This document shows, piece by piece, positions 29,089 to 38,031 of a stretch of 64,000 nucleotides of DNA. The notes beneath the pieces were generated by a model. The model was not told the origin of the DNA and searched no databases. It saw only the letters and a program-made list of their open reading frames with translations. A program made the translations under genes and the position numbers. Each line of letters starts with the position of its first letter. Within the stretch, counting starts at the first letter, position 1. Source of the stretch: an uncultured Solirubrobacterales bacterium (GTDB taxonomy: Bacteria > Actinomycetota > Thermoleophilia > Solirubrobacterales > Solirubrobacteraceae); assembly GCA_963796645.1 (NCBI GenBank), contig CAWCMQ010000013.1:20318-84317 (forward strand), written 5' to 3'.

Positions 29089-30526
29089 TCACGACCCAAC
29101 CGTATGTGGTCTTGGGTCCTTGGGTCTGGATCGCGCCGATCCCGGCGGACGCGGCTTGGGTGGCGTCGCGGCGCGTGTCAATTCGCGCATCGAGTCCTCG
29201 ATCCCGGCGCAGAGGACTCCGATGTCAGGCGCGAGGTCGTAGTCCCCGGTCACGCCGAAGCTGAGCCCTCCGTTGTAGGAGAAGATCGCCACGCCGACTC
29301 GCACATGTCCGGCCAACGGAACGTACGGGAAGCACTCGAGCATCTGCCGGCCCGCCGCATACAGCGGCCGTTGAGGACCGGGCACGTTGGTCGTGACCGT
29401 GTTGACGCTTCGCTGCGGCACGTGTGTCGCGGTCCGCAGCGCGACTCCGAGCAACATCGCCGGGGCGAACCCGGAGAGGCTCACGAGGACGTCACCAGCG
29501 ACGGCCTCATGCGATCCCTTGAGGTGCTCCATCTGCGTCCTCACGGAGCTGAGCCGCTGGACCGGATCCTCGATCCCGACCGGGAGGTCGGCGAAGATCG
29601 CTGAGACTCGGTTGTTGTACGTGCCGTGCTCATTGGCTCCGCGGACCGACACGGGCACGAGCGAGCGAACGACGCGGTCGGCCGGTTCGCCTCGCGAGAG
29701 CAGCAGCTCACGGAAGCCCCCGGTGATCGCGGTGAGCACGACATCGTTGACCGTGCCTCCGAGCGCGTCGCGGATCAGCTTGACCTCGGAAAGACTCGAG
29801 CGGGCGAAATCCCAGCGCCGGTGCGGTCCGATCGGACCGTTGAGCGACGATGCGGGTGGTGCCCGCAGCACCCCGCTGAGGGTCAGCAGCCCCTCGGCCG
29901 TTTCGATGATGCGCTGTCCCGCCGTGCGCGGCGAGCCCAGGAGCGAACGCGCACTCTCGAACGGACTCCGCGCACGCTCGGCAAGAGCCCGGACCGCGAG
30001 CTCTGCTCCCGAGGGCTGGCGCTCCGGCCGCCATACCGCAGGCGATGCCGGATTCGGGGTCTCGTTCGGTGTCGAGAATCGAGGACAGCAGCTCGGCGCC
30101 GGAAACGCCGTCGACCATCGAGTGGTGGACCTTGCTCAGCAACACCCACCGACCCTGCGAGAGCCCCTCGATCATCCACATCTCCCAGAGGGGTTTGTGA
30201 CGATCGAGCTGCTGCGACATGACGCGGCCGACCAGGAGGCGCAGCTCTTCGTCGTTGCCCGGCGGCGGAAGTGCCGTGCGGCGCAGGTGGTACTGCAGGT
30301 TGAAGTGAGGATCGTCGACCCAGACGGGGCGACCGAGCTCGAACGGCACGAAGCGAACCCTCTGCCGGTAGCGGGGAACGCCCGGCAGGTTCGCCCGCAC
30401 CCGGTCCGCGAGCCGGCCGTACGGCGGGGGTGGCCCCTCGAGGATCGCCACCGTGCCGATGTGCATGTGGCTGACCCCATCTTCGAAGTGCAGGAACGAC
30501 GTGTCTTGTGAACTCAGGCGGTTCAT
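29089..30526 (-). pseudogene. Wax ester/TAG synthase (WS/DGAT), +1 frameshift at GGGG 30056-30059 (or sequencing error)
   Basis: The N-half has RLSSQDTSFL and the HHSMVDG catalytic motif. Deleting one base in the 4-base run joins it in frame to WRPERQPSGAEL...GTVNDVVL...VTTNVPGP, giving 478 aa. Confidence 0.82.
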
Positions 30527-30645
30527 CCGAGCCTGGCGGCGAAATTGGTGACGGACGTTCTATCCAACGTCGCAGGCCGGGCGGTGTCGTTCATCCGTAC
30601 GGACCCACATGGAAGATCGGGGCGCCGCCGCAGACCGGCTTCGAG

Positions 30646-32124
30646 CTATGGCCAATCGAGCTGTCCGGGTCGGGGCCTCAGCTGCGCGAGGTTATCGATC
30701 GCGGGATGGGCGCGGCCGGCTGGGCCGCGGGCGAACGCACGCAGGAGGTTCATCGTCGCGCGGTCGACGAAGGTGCGGGCGGCGACCCCGACACCGTGGC
30801 CGCATGATGGGACGCGGATCGCGCAGACCCAGCGCATCGTCCCCGAGGCGAAGACGCCGGCGCCGCTCGGCGCCGTGTAGTAGGCGGTGTCCGCGGAGCT
30901 GACCCTGCCGTCGCAGCGCAGCGGGGAGTGGGCGAGTACCTGGATCGGCCGCGGGACGGGCGCCGCCGGGTTGAGACGGTCGTACTCGGGTCCGACCAGA
31001 CCGGGAAATGCGGTTCCCGCCCGCACGCCCGTCCCGGCGAAGATCCAGTTTCGCGGGTCGTAGACGACGTAGGCAGAGCTGACCGGGTCGCACTCGTAGA
31101 ACACGCCGGTGATCGCACTCTCGGGTCGTGGATCGGGTGGATCTCGCCAATCCTGCGTTGTCGCTGCGTTGTCGCGGCCATACTCGGGGTCGAGACGGGC
31201 GATCTTGTAGGCAATCTCGCGCCGATCGGCTCCGAGCGACGAGGACGCGAACCTGATGTGACGGTACATCGCGTTGGCGCCGAGGAACGCGAGGTTCGTG
31301 CCGGCGTCGCGAGCGGCGAACATGGCGCGCCGCATCGCAGCTGAGTAGTACTCATCGTGTCCGAGCGAGATCACCGCACGCGCGCCGGCGAGCAGCCTCG
31401 GATGCTCGTCGAGATCGACGTCCGTCTCGTATGCGAGCGGCAGTCCGCTCCGTTCGGCGAGCGTGATGGGGGGTTGATCGAAGGACAGAAACCACGTCGC
31501 GCCGTTGCCGTGAGAGTCGTACGGACGGTCGAAGCTGACCATGTAGGAGCGGTCGCCGAACCCCCGGGGTCCGGCGTAGAGGTCGTATCCGCCCCACAGG
31601 TTGTATGCCTGCCAGGTCGTAACGCCTTCGAGGATCACCACCCTGCCCGCCGTGCTCGGCGAGCGCACCGTGATCGGCACGTACCGCTGCGCTCCGCTCG
31701 ACGCATCGAGCCGAAGCAGGTACGCCCCCGGCGCCCAACCCGCGGTGGTCACGGACAGGCTCGGTCGCCACGGCGCGGTGATCGTGCGCGTCGCCGCGGT
31801 CAGCTCAGCCGGCGCCTGGACGCGACCGGGGACCTGACCGGACTCCCAAATCTGGCGGGCCTGCGCGCCGCCGTACCAGCCGACCCGAAGAGCTCGCACC
31901 CGGAAGCTCGGGGCCGTCGTCGAGACGTACAGCCGGAACCCCTGTCCAGGGAGGACGCTGACGGCGCTCGCGTAGCCCTCGATCGCGTTGGTTGCCCCCT
32001 CGTTGCCGATCCTCCAGCTCGTCGCGCCGCCTGCGGCGCCGCAGCCGGCGATCAGCCCGGCGGCTCCGAGCGACGCGAGCCGCAGCGTGAGGCGCCCCGG
32101 CCGTCGCCCGCCGACGGCCGTCAA
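30646..32124 (-). CDS. Lipoprotein with N,N-dimethylformamidase beta-subunit-like domain
   Basis: Lipobox LIAG-C. TWQAYNLWGGYDLY, SFDRPY, SLGHDEYYS, NLAFLGAN..YRHIR, GVFASGT. Confidence 0.8.
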   Translation of the reverse strand: MTAVGGRRPGRLTLRLASLGAAGLIAGCGAAGGATSWRIGNEGATNAIEGYASAVSVLPGQGFRLYVSTTAPSFRVRALRVGWYGGAQARQIWESGQVPGRVQAPAELTAATRTITAPWRPSLSVTTAGWAPGAYLLRLDASSGAQRYVPITVRSPSTAGRVVILEGVTTWQAYNLWGGYDLYAGPRGFGDRSYMVSFDRPYDSHGNGATWFLSFDQPPITLAERSGLPLAYETDVDLDEHPRLLAGARAVISLGHDEYYSAAMRRAMFAARDAGTNLAFLGANAMYRHIRFASSSLGADRREIAYKIARLDPEYGRDNAATTQDWRDPPDPRPESAITGVFYECDPVSSAYVVYDPRNWIFAGTGVRAGTAFPGLVGPEYDRLNPAAPVPRPIQVLAHSPLRCDGRVSSADTAYYTAPSGAGVFASGTMRWVCAIRVPSCGHGVGVAARTFVDRATMNLLRAFARGPAGRAHPAIDNLAQLRPRPGQLDWP

Positions 32125-32420
32125 GCGCCGTAGGCGCCGGCCTCGTTGTAGAGCCTGATGACCAGATTCGCGGTGCCGTGCAGGTGGTGAAGCGTGTCGC
32201 GCACGTCGGGCCGCTGCTCGAGACGCTGGCGGTCCTGTGCTGATCGCATTTCCACGATCGCCGCGATCGAGGTCCTGTCGTCGGTTTGGAGAACTCGTGC
32301 GGACACGAACTCGGGATCCTTGACGATGTTGCCGAACATCTCATTGAGATGCTGAATGGCGGCAGCTTCTTCGGCGGGATCTACCTCCCACACGTGGACG
32401 AGTACTGGGCTCTCGTTCAT
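32121..32420 (-). CDS. Antibiotic biosynthesis monooxygenase (ABM)-like protein
   Basis: VLVHVWEVDP...PEFVSARVLQT pattern of the dimeric alpha-beta barrel. Confidence 0.65.
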   Translation of the reverse strand: MNESPVLVHVWEVDPAEEAAAIQHLNEMFGNIVKDPEFVSARVLQTDDRTSIAAIVEMRSAQDRQRLEQRPDVRDTLHHLHGTANLVIRLYNEAGAYGA

Positions 32421-32520
32421 CAACACACCTCGCTTTGGGGCTCGACGGCGATCCGATCGTGGCGGCAGGCAGATTCGGGTGGATCATATGTCGCCGCGGC
32501 ACTCGCGAGCGAGCCGGACC

Positions 32521-32868
32521 TCACCCCTTCTGCTGCAACGTGTACCGCACCGTCTGCACGCGGATCAGCCCGTCCTCGAACACGAACGTATCGATCCCGT
32601 CCTCGGCCTTGGTGCGCTCGGCCTCGGCGCGCCACTCGAGAAACAGGACGTCGCCCTCGAAGATCTGCGTCGGCAGCTCCCAGTTCGCGTCTGGGAGATC
32701 GCTCAGCAGCTTGACGAAGCCCTCGCGCACGCCGTCCTTGCCGTGCAGGGTCCCGGCCGGCGTGATGAAAAGGGCATCGTCGGCGTAGTCGCTGACGATC
32801 CCGTCGATGTCCCCGGCGATCAGCACCTCGCCGTGATGCTGGAAGACCTCCTGCGGTGTACGCGCCAT
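32521..32868 (-). CDS. NTF2/SnoaL-like protein
   Basis: HGEVLIAGDIDGIVSDYADDA...GKDGVREGF...LFLEW...GIDTFVFEDGLI. AGGAG RBS. Confidence 0.85.
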   Translation of the reverse strand: MARTPQEVFQHHGEVLIAGDIDGIVSDYADDALFITPAGTLHGKDGVREGFVKLLSDLPDANWELPTQIFEGDVLFLEWRAEAERTKAEDGIDTFVFEDGLIRVQTVRYTLQQKG

Positions 32869-32890
32869 CTCGTTCTCCTTAGTTCGGTGT

Positions 32891-33919
32891 CTACGCGGGC
32901 ACCAGAATGCCGCGGCCCTGCAGCCGTCCCTGATCGAGGTCGGCCATCGCGTCGTTGATCGCGTCGAGTGGATAGGTGCTCGTGTGCAGGCTGACCTTGC
33001 CCTGGGCGGTCAGCGTCATCAGCTCGACGAGGTCGTTGTAGGTCCCGACCAGATTCCCGATGAACGAGATCTCGCGGGAGATGACGTCGATCGTCGGGAT
33101 GTTGATGTTCTCGCCGTAGCCGATCACGTAGTAGAAGCCGCCGTCACGGACCATCGCGATGCCGTCCTCGATCGCTCCCTTCTCGCCGACGAAGTCGATG
33201 ATCGCCTCCGCGCCCAGGCCGTCGGTCATCTCCCTGACCTTGTCCACGTGCGTGCCGTCGACCTGCAGCGTCTGATCCGCGCCGAGCTCGCGCGCCAGCG
33301 CCAGCGCGGGCTCGGAGGGGTCGATCACGATGATCTCGGTCGGCGTCATCGCCCTCAGGCACTGAATCCCGATGTGCCCGAGACCGCCGGCGCCGATCAC
33401 CACCGCCCGGGTGCCCGCGGTCAGGACCGGGATCGCCTTCTTGACGGCGTGGATCGCGGTGAGCCCGGCGTCGGCGAGCGCCGCGATGTCCTTGGGTTCG
33501 AGCGAGGGGTCGAGCTTCACGACCGAGCGGGCGGAGGTCTTCAACAAGGCGGCAAAGCCGCCGTCCCGGTCGATCCCCGGAAACGAGCCGTTCAGGCAGT
33601 GCATGTCGTCGCCGGCGCGGCACGGTTCGCACAGTCCGCACGAGATGTACGGATGAACGATCACCGTGTCGCCGACCGCGACGTTCGTGACGGCGGTGCC
33701 GATCTCGTGGACCCACCCGGCGTTCTCGTGGCCCGGGGTGTAGGGCAGCTTGACACCGGAGTTCTCGGCCCACTGACCTTCCTGGATGTGAAGGTCGGTC
33801 CGGCACAGACCGGCGGCGCCGATCCGGACGATCACGTCCAGCGGCCCGTCGATCTTCGGTTCGTCGATCTGTTCGAGCTTCAGCGCCTCGTGGTAGGCGT
33901 GGAGCCTTGCGGCATTCAA
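32891..33919 (-). CDS. Zn-dependent NAD(P) alcohol dehydrogenase (prm/mim-cluster type)
   Basis: GLCRTDLH, GHENAG, CGLCEPC...C, ADAGLT, GAGGLG. TTG start after AGGAGG with a 4-nt overlap on the DUF59 stop. Confidence 0.92.
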   Translation of the reverse strand: MNAARLHAYHEALKLEQIDEPKIDGPLDVIVRIGAAGLCRTDLHIQEGQWAENSGVKLPYTPGHENAGWVHEIGTAVTNVAVGDTVIVHPYISCGLCEPCRAGDDMHCLNGSFPGIDRDGGFAALLKTSARSVVKLDPSLEPKDIAALADAGLTAIHAVKKAIPVLTAGTRAVVIGAGGLGHIGIQCLRAMTPTEIIVIDPSEPALALARELGADQTLQVDGTHVDKVREMTDGLGAEAIIDFVGEKGAIEDGIAMVRDGGFYYVIGYGENINIPTIDVISREISFIGNLVGTYNDLVELMTLTAQGKVSLHTSTYPLDAINDAMADLDQGRLQGRGILVPA

Positions 33920-34620
33920 GTCAGCACCTCCTGTCGATCCTGGACCGCCACGCCGTGGCGGATTTGCAGAAGTGAGCGGCAGATGCCGCCGTTGGCCTCG
34001 AGACTTGTGCGCACCAATCGGGCCATCCTCAGCCAGCGCGTGAGCTCGCCCGGGGCAAGTGGCGCACCATCGGGACGGACGAACGCCGGCGAGTCCGGTT
34101 CGCAGGCGACTCCCAGAGCCCCTCGCAGCTCGAGGCACCGCCGGACGCCCGGCCCGGGGGCGAGCTCGGAGACCCGCATCGAGCAGATCGCCGTCGGCGT
34201 GACACCGCGGCCCAGGAGTTCCTCGCACAGCGCCGCCTGCCGGGCAAGGAGTGCCTTGCGCTCGAACAGCTCGCGCAGCGCGTCGAGGTCATCGTCCGCA
34301 GATTCCCCGGGAAACGCTCCCGTGAATCCGAGTCCTCGCCGTAGCGCCCGGTTGATCTCCGTCTCGGTGTAGTGGTCCTCGAGCACCACGTTCACCTCGC
34401 GCACGCCGGGTAGCCGGCGCACGGCCGCGCGCGCGTCGGCTGCCATCAGGAACGCGAAGTTCGGTGCGCACTGTGGCGTCGGCAGCCGCAGAGCGACCGA
34501 CACGCGGCCGTCGTCGGACACCTCGCAGCGGCTCACGAACCCGAGCGAGGTGATCGGCTCGTCGAGCTCGGGATCATGGACCGTCCCGAGCGCCGCGAGG
34601 ACCTCGGTGCGCATGCTCAC
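33916..34620 (-). CDS. DUF59/FeS-assembly (metal-sulfur cluster biosynthesis) domain protein
   Basis: VHDPELDEPITSLGFV, LRLPTPQCAPNFAFLM, SLEANGGICRSLLQIR. Confidence 0.88.
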   Translation of the reverse strand: MSMRTEVLAALGTVHDPELDEPITSLGFVSRCEVSDDGRVSVALRLPTPQCAPNFAFLMAADARAAVRRLPGVREVNVVLEDHYTETEINRALRRGLGFTGAFPGESADDDLDALRELFERKALLARQAALCEELLGRGVTPTAICSMRVSELAPGPGVRRCLELRGALGVACEPDSPAFVRPDGAPLAPGELTRWLRMARLVRTSLEANGGICRSLLQIRHGVAVQDRQEVLT

Positions 34621-35666
34621 GCCGACTCGACGAGCTGCGCGTCCTCCCTCGCCCCGGGATCGCCCTCGGAGGCTGGCAGCCGATACTCGGCCGGCACCTC
34701 GATGCCGTACAGCTTCGCGGCGTTGAGACCGAGGATCTTCCGCCTCGTGGCGGTCGTGACCTCCGGGTAGTCCGAGTAATCCTGGTCGGGGTAGTCCCAG
34801 GTGACGAACCCCTCGATCTGCCAGCGCGGCTCCCAGATCGCGTAGTCACTGCCGAACAGCAGCTTGTCCTCGCCGACCCAGAACAGCAGCTCACCCATCA
34901 CCTTCGCGAAGAACCGCGGACGTGCGTGCATCAGTCCGCCGATCACGACAGCGAGGCCGGCATAGACGTTCGGCTCCTGCGTGGCCATGAAGCAGAAGTC
35001 CTCGATCCGCGGGATCCCTGCGTGCTCGATGATGAAGTTCAGGTCCGGGTGATCGGTCGCCGCTCGGTCGACGTCCCTCGGATCGAACGCGTCCTTGTCC
35101 AGAGGCCAGATCGTCGGGCCCTTATGGACGTGGATGTTCTTGATCCCCAGCTCCTGGCACTTCTCGTAGAACGGCTCGCAGGCGTCGTCGTCGAGCCTCC
35201 AGCCGCGCGAGCCCTGGTACCACTCGGCGGTGTAGAGCTTCGCGCCCTTCAGGCCGTAGCGCTTGGCATCCTCCTCGAGTCGCTTCAGCCCCGCCTCGCC
35301 CTCGCGTGGATCCCAGCGGCCGTTGGCGATCAGCCGGCCCGGATACTTCTCGACCATCGCCGCGTTGCACTCGAGCGTGTTGAACCCCTCCGTGTACCAC
35401 TCCTTCAGGTACGTGGACTGGAAGATCCCGACGTCGACGCAACCGTCCTCGAAGACGTCCTTGACGAAGTCCTCCTCGGAGTACTTCTGGAACTTCTCGA
35501 GTGGCCAATGCGTCTCGGGCGGCCCGAGGCCCTGGTAGGCGTGGAAGCACTCGATCCAGCCCTTGGCGTACTGCTCCTGGCCGCTGACCCAGTTCGCGGG
35601 GCTGGCGTCCCAGAAGTGGACGTGACCATCGACAACGAAGTACTTCTCTCCGTTGTGCTCGTACAT
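34617..35666 (-). CDS. Amidohydrolase_2 family protein (prm/mim-cluster type)
   Basis: MYEHNGEKYFVVDGHVHFWDAS, IHVHKGPTIWPL, FIIEHAG, LFGSDYAIW. Confidence 0.92.
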   Translation of the reverse strand: MYEHNGEKYFVVDGHVHFWDASPANWVSGQEQYAKGWIECFHAYQGLGPPETHWPLEKFQKYSEEDFVKDVFEDGCVDVGIFQSTYLKEWYTEGFNTLECNAAMVEKYPGRLIANGRWDPREGEAGLKRLEEDAKRYGLKGAKLYTAEWYQGSRGWRLDDDACEPFYEKCQELGIKNIHVHKGPTIWPLDKDAFDPRDVDRAATDHPDLNFIIEHAGIPRIEDFCFMATQEPNVYAGLAVVIGGLMHARPRFFAKVMGELLFWVGEDKLLFGSDYAIWEPRWQIEGFVTWDYPDQDYSDYPEVTTATRRKILGLNAAKLYGIEVPAEYRLPASEGDPGAREDAQLVESA

Positions 35667-35867
35667 TTTCGACCTCCCTCAAGTCGACGAGCGCGGGGGT
35701 TCAAAAACCAATCTACTCCGCGTGCCAAGTCGGCTTCCAAGGGCCGAAATCGGGTGCGTCGGGGGACCGCGTTGCCTCCCTGGATGAAACCGCCCCGCGT
35801 GAGCGTCTGAGAAGACTCAGACCTCGAATCACCCCGCCGGCCCCCCCCGCCCACGACGCGTCCTGCG

Positions 35868-36521
35868 TCAGTCGGTGTCAACCGCGGCGAGGGCGAGCTG
35901 CACGCATGCAGCTCGCATCTCCTCGGCGCCGATTGTGAAGGGCTGGGCCAGGCCAGGCGCGACCTGGCGCAACCCGCTACCGGAGCGGGCGAGATGCAGG
36001 ACCCCGATCGCCTGGAGGTAGAGCTGGTTGGCGCGCAGGTCCGGCTCGGCCACGTCCAAGTCGTGCAGGACATCGGCGAGCCACCCGATCAACGCACCCG
36101 TCGCCCGGCCCAGTCGCAGCCACACGACGTCGGAGACCTGGGCCTGCAGGTCGCCGGCCGGCTGGCGGACGAGGGCGAGCGCGCAGTCAAGGAACGCGGG
36201 ATGCTCCATGCCGTAGTCGGCAAAGGCCTCGAAGCCGCGGCTGAGCCGCTCGCTGGCGCTGTTCGCCTGTGTGTCGACGGCGTCGAGCAGGGCACTGATC
36301 TCGGCCAGGTAGCGCGTGGTCGTCAGCGCGAACAGCTCCTCCTTGGAGACGAAGTGCCGGTAGACGAGGGCCTTATTGATGCCGACGCGGCGGGCGATCT
36401 GGTCGATTCGGGCGTCCTGGCGGCGGCGCTCGTCGAACAGGGCACGAGTAGCGTCGACAATCTTTCGCTCACGCGCGCCATGCACGGCCGCGCGAGAATG
36501 CCGGGAGGGCCTCACGCGCAA
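35868..36521 (-). CDS. TetR/AcrR family transcriptional regulator
   Basis: HTH IDQIARRVGINKALVYRHFVSKEELF. Start uncertain. Confidence 0.88.
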   Translation of the reverse strand: MRVRPSRHSRAAVHGARERKIVDATRALFDERRRQDARIDQIARRVGINKALVYRHFVSKEELFALTTTRYLAEISALLDAVDTQANSASERLSRGFEAFADYGMEHPAFLDCALALVRQPAGDLQAQVSDVVWLRLGRATGALIGWLADVLHDLDVAEPDLRANQLYLQAIGVLHLARSGSGLRQVAPGLAQPFTIGAEEMRAACVQLALAAVDTD

Positions 36522-36554
36522 ACTGTAACCAATCGTCTAACCTTCGTTTACACA

Positions 36555-37463
36555 ATGGCGCTCGAACACCGTTCTGTTCGTCTCCACGGACGCGAGGTCG
36601 CATACGTCGTCGGCGGCGAGGGTCCCACCCTGTTGCTGATTCACGGCATCGGCGGCGACTGGCGCACCTGGGAACCGGTGCTCGACGGGCTCGCCCGCCA
36701 GCATCACGTGGTGGCGGTCGACCTCCCCGGCCACGGCGGCTCGGCCAAGGGCGCCGGCGACTACTCGCTCGGCGCGCTCGCCAGCGCCCTGCGTGACCTC
36801 GGCGGGGCGTTGGGGCTCGAGCGTGCAACCGTGGTCGGCCACTCACTGGGCGGCGGCATCGCCATGCAGTTCGCCTACCAGTTCCCCGAGCGCTGCGAGC
36901 GCCTGGTGCTGGTCTCAAGCGGCGGCCTCGGCCCCGACGTTGGCCTGATCCTTCGCCTCGCAACCCTTCCGGGGAGCGAGTTCTTCCTCTCACTGAGCGC
37001 TCCGGCGGCGCGTCGCCTGGTTGACCTGGCCGGCAGCGTCGGCCGCAAGCTGCGGATCCGCGCAGCCGCCGACGCCGAGCACTACGCTCGGGCATACGCC
37101 GCGCTCGCCGAGCCCGAGACACGTGCGGCGTTCCTCGGCACCCTGCGCGGGGTGGTCGGGACGCGCGGACAGCTCGTCGACGCTCGCGACCGCCTGTACC
37201 TCGCCGGGCAGATGCCGACGCTGATCGTGTGGGGCGCTCGCGACGCCGTGCTTCCCGTCGACCATGGACACGCCGCCCAGGAGGCCATCCCGGGCAGCCG
37301 GCTCGAGATCTTCGAGGACGCCGGTCACCTTCCCCAGCTCGACGAGCCCGGGCGCTTCGTCAACGCCGTGGATGACTTCATGGCAACCAGCGAGCCGTCC
37401 ACGTTCTCGATCGAGCGCTGGGCAGAGCTCCTACGCTCGCACGCAGAGTTCATCGAGACCTGA
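36555..37463 (+). CDS. Alpha/beta fold hydrolase
   Basis: LIHGIGG, DLPGHG, GHSLGG nucleophile, WGARD, AGHLP. Confidence 0.92.
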   Translation: MALEHRSVRLHGREVAYVVGGEGPTLLLIHGIGGDWRTWEPVLDGLARQHHVVAVDLPGHGGSAKGAGDYSLGALASALRDLGGALGLERATVVGHSLGGGIAMQFAYQFPERCERLVLVSSGGLGPDVGLILRLATLPGSEFFLSLSAPAARRLVDLAGSVGRKLRIRAAADAEHYARAYAALAEPETRAAFLGTLRGVVGTRGQLVDARDRLYLAGQMPTLIVWGARDAVLPVDHGHAAQEAIPGSRLEIFEDAGHLPQLDEPGRFVNAVDDFMATSEPSTFSIERWAELLRSHAEFIET

Positions 37464-37490
37464 CATCGCCCGGTCCCGCGGTCGATGGGC

Positions 37491-37910
37491 CTACTTCGGC
37501 TTGTCTGGCCCGCTCAGTGACTTGGCCGCACTGTCGATCACTTTGCGGATGAAGTCATATTGGGTGTGGACCAGTCGGTCCGCCATCTCCAGCGCGGAGT
37601 CGACGACCTCCTGACGACGGGACGGGCCTTCGCCGTGTGGCAGCGATGGCAACGCCTTGTCGACGGTGTCGACGAACTTGCGCACGGACTCGATCGCGGC
37701 ACGCTGACTCTTCTCAACGGTCTCGAGCACCTCTTCGGACAGCTTCGCTGTCTCGTCGACCGAGGGCGTGGTGCGCTTGCTGGCCGCCGGTGACTTTGCG
37801 GCGGGCTTGGCGGGCTTGCGGCTCGCCGATGACTTTGCGGCGGGCTTGGCGCGCTTGCCGCTGGCCGGTGACTTCGCGGCGGGCTTGCGTTTGGTCGGAG
37901 CTTGAGGCAT
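37491..37910 (-). CDS. Small protein with three histone-H1-like KPAAKS repeats and an amphipathic helical (phasin-like) domain
   Basis: Three 13-aa repeats (nt 37770-37886), then SQRAAIESVRKFVDTVD...ALEMADRLVHTQYDFIRKV. Confidence 0.75.
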   Translation of the reverse strand: MPQAPTKRKPAAKSPASGKRAKPAAKSSASRKPAKPAAKSPAASKRTTPSVDETAKLSEEVLETVEKSQRAAIESVRKFVDTVDKALPSLPHGEGPSRRQEVVDSALEMADRLVHTQYDFIRKVIDSAAKSLSGPDKPK

Positions 37911-38031
37911 GACAATCCTTTCCAGGATGTGGCTTCGTGGACTCGAACGCTAGGCCAGACGCGTGCGCGCGCCATCCGTAGAAACTGCGCGGCCGCCTCG
38001 CCGTCATCCCGCGCCTGCGATGCTTTCGGAC

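Noticed and set aside
35712-35728. Sigma-54 promoter (TTGGCACG on the minus strand) upstream of the amidohydrolase
   Set aside because: The -12 TTGC element is absent (GTAG instead), and no enhancer-binding protein is present.
36524-36552. TGTAA-N19-TTACA inverted repeat between TetR and the hydrolase
   Set aside because: The arms are only 5 bp with a long spacer. It is a plausible operator position but too weak to call.
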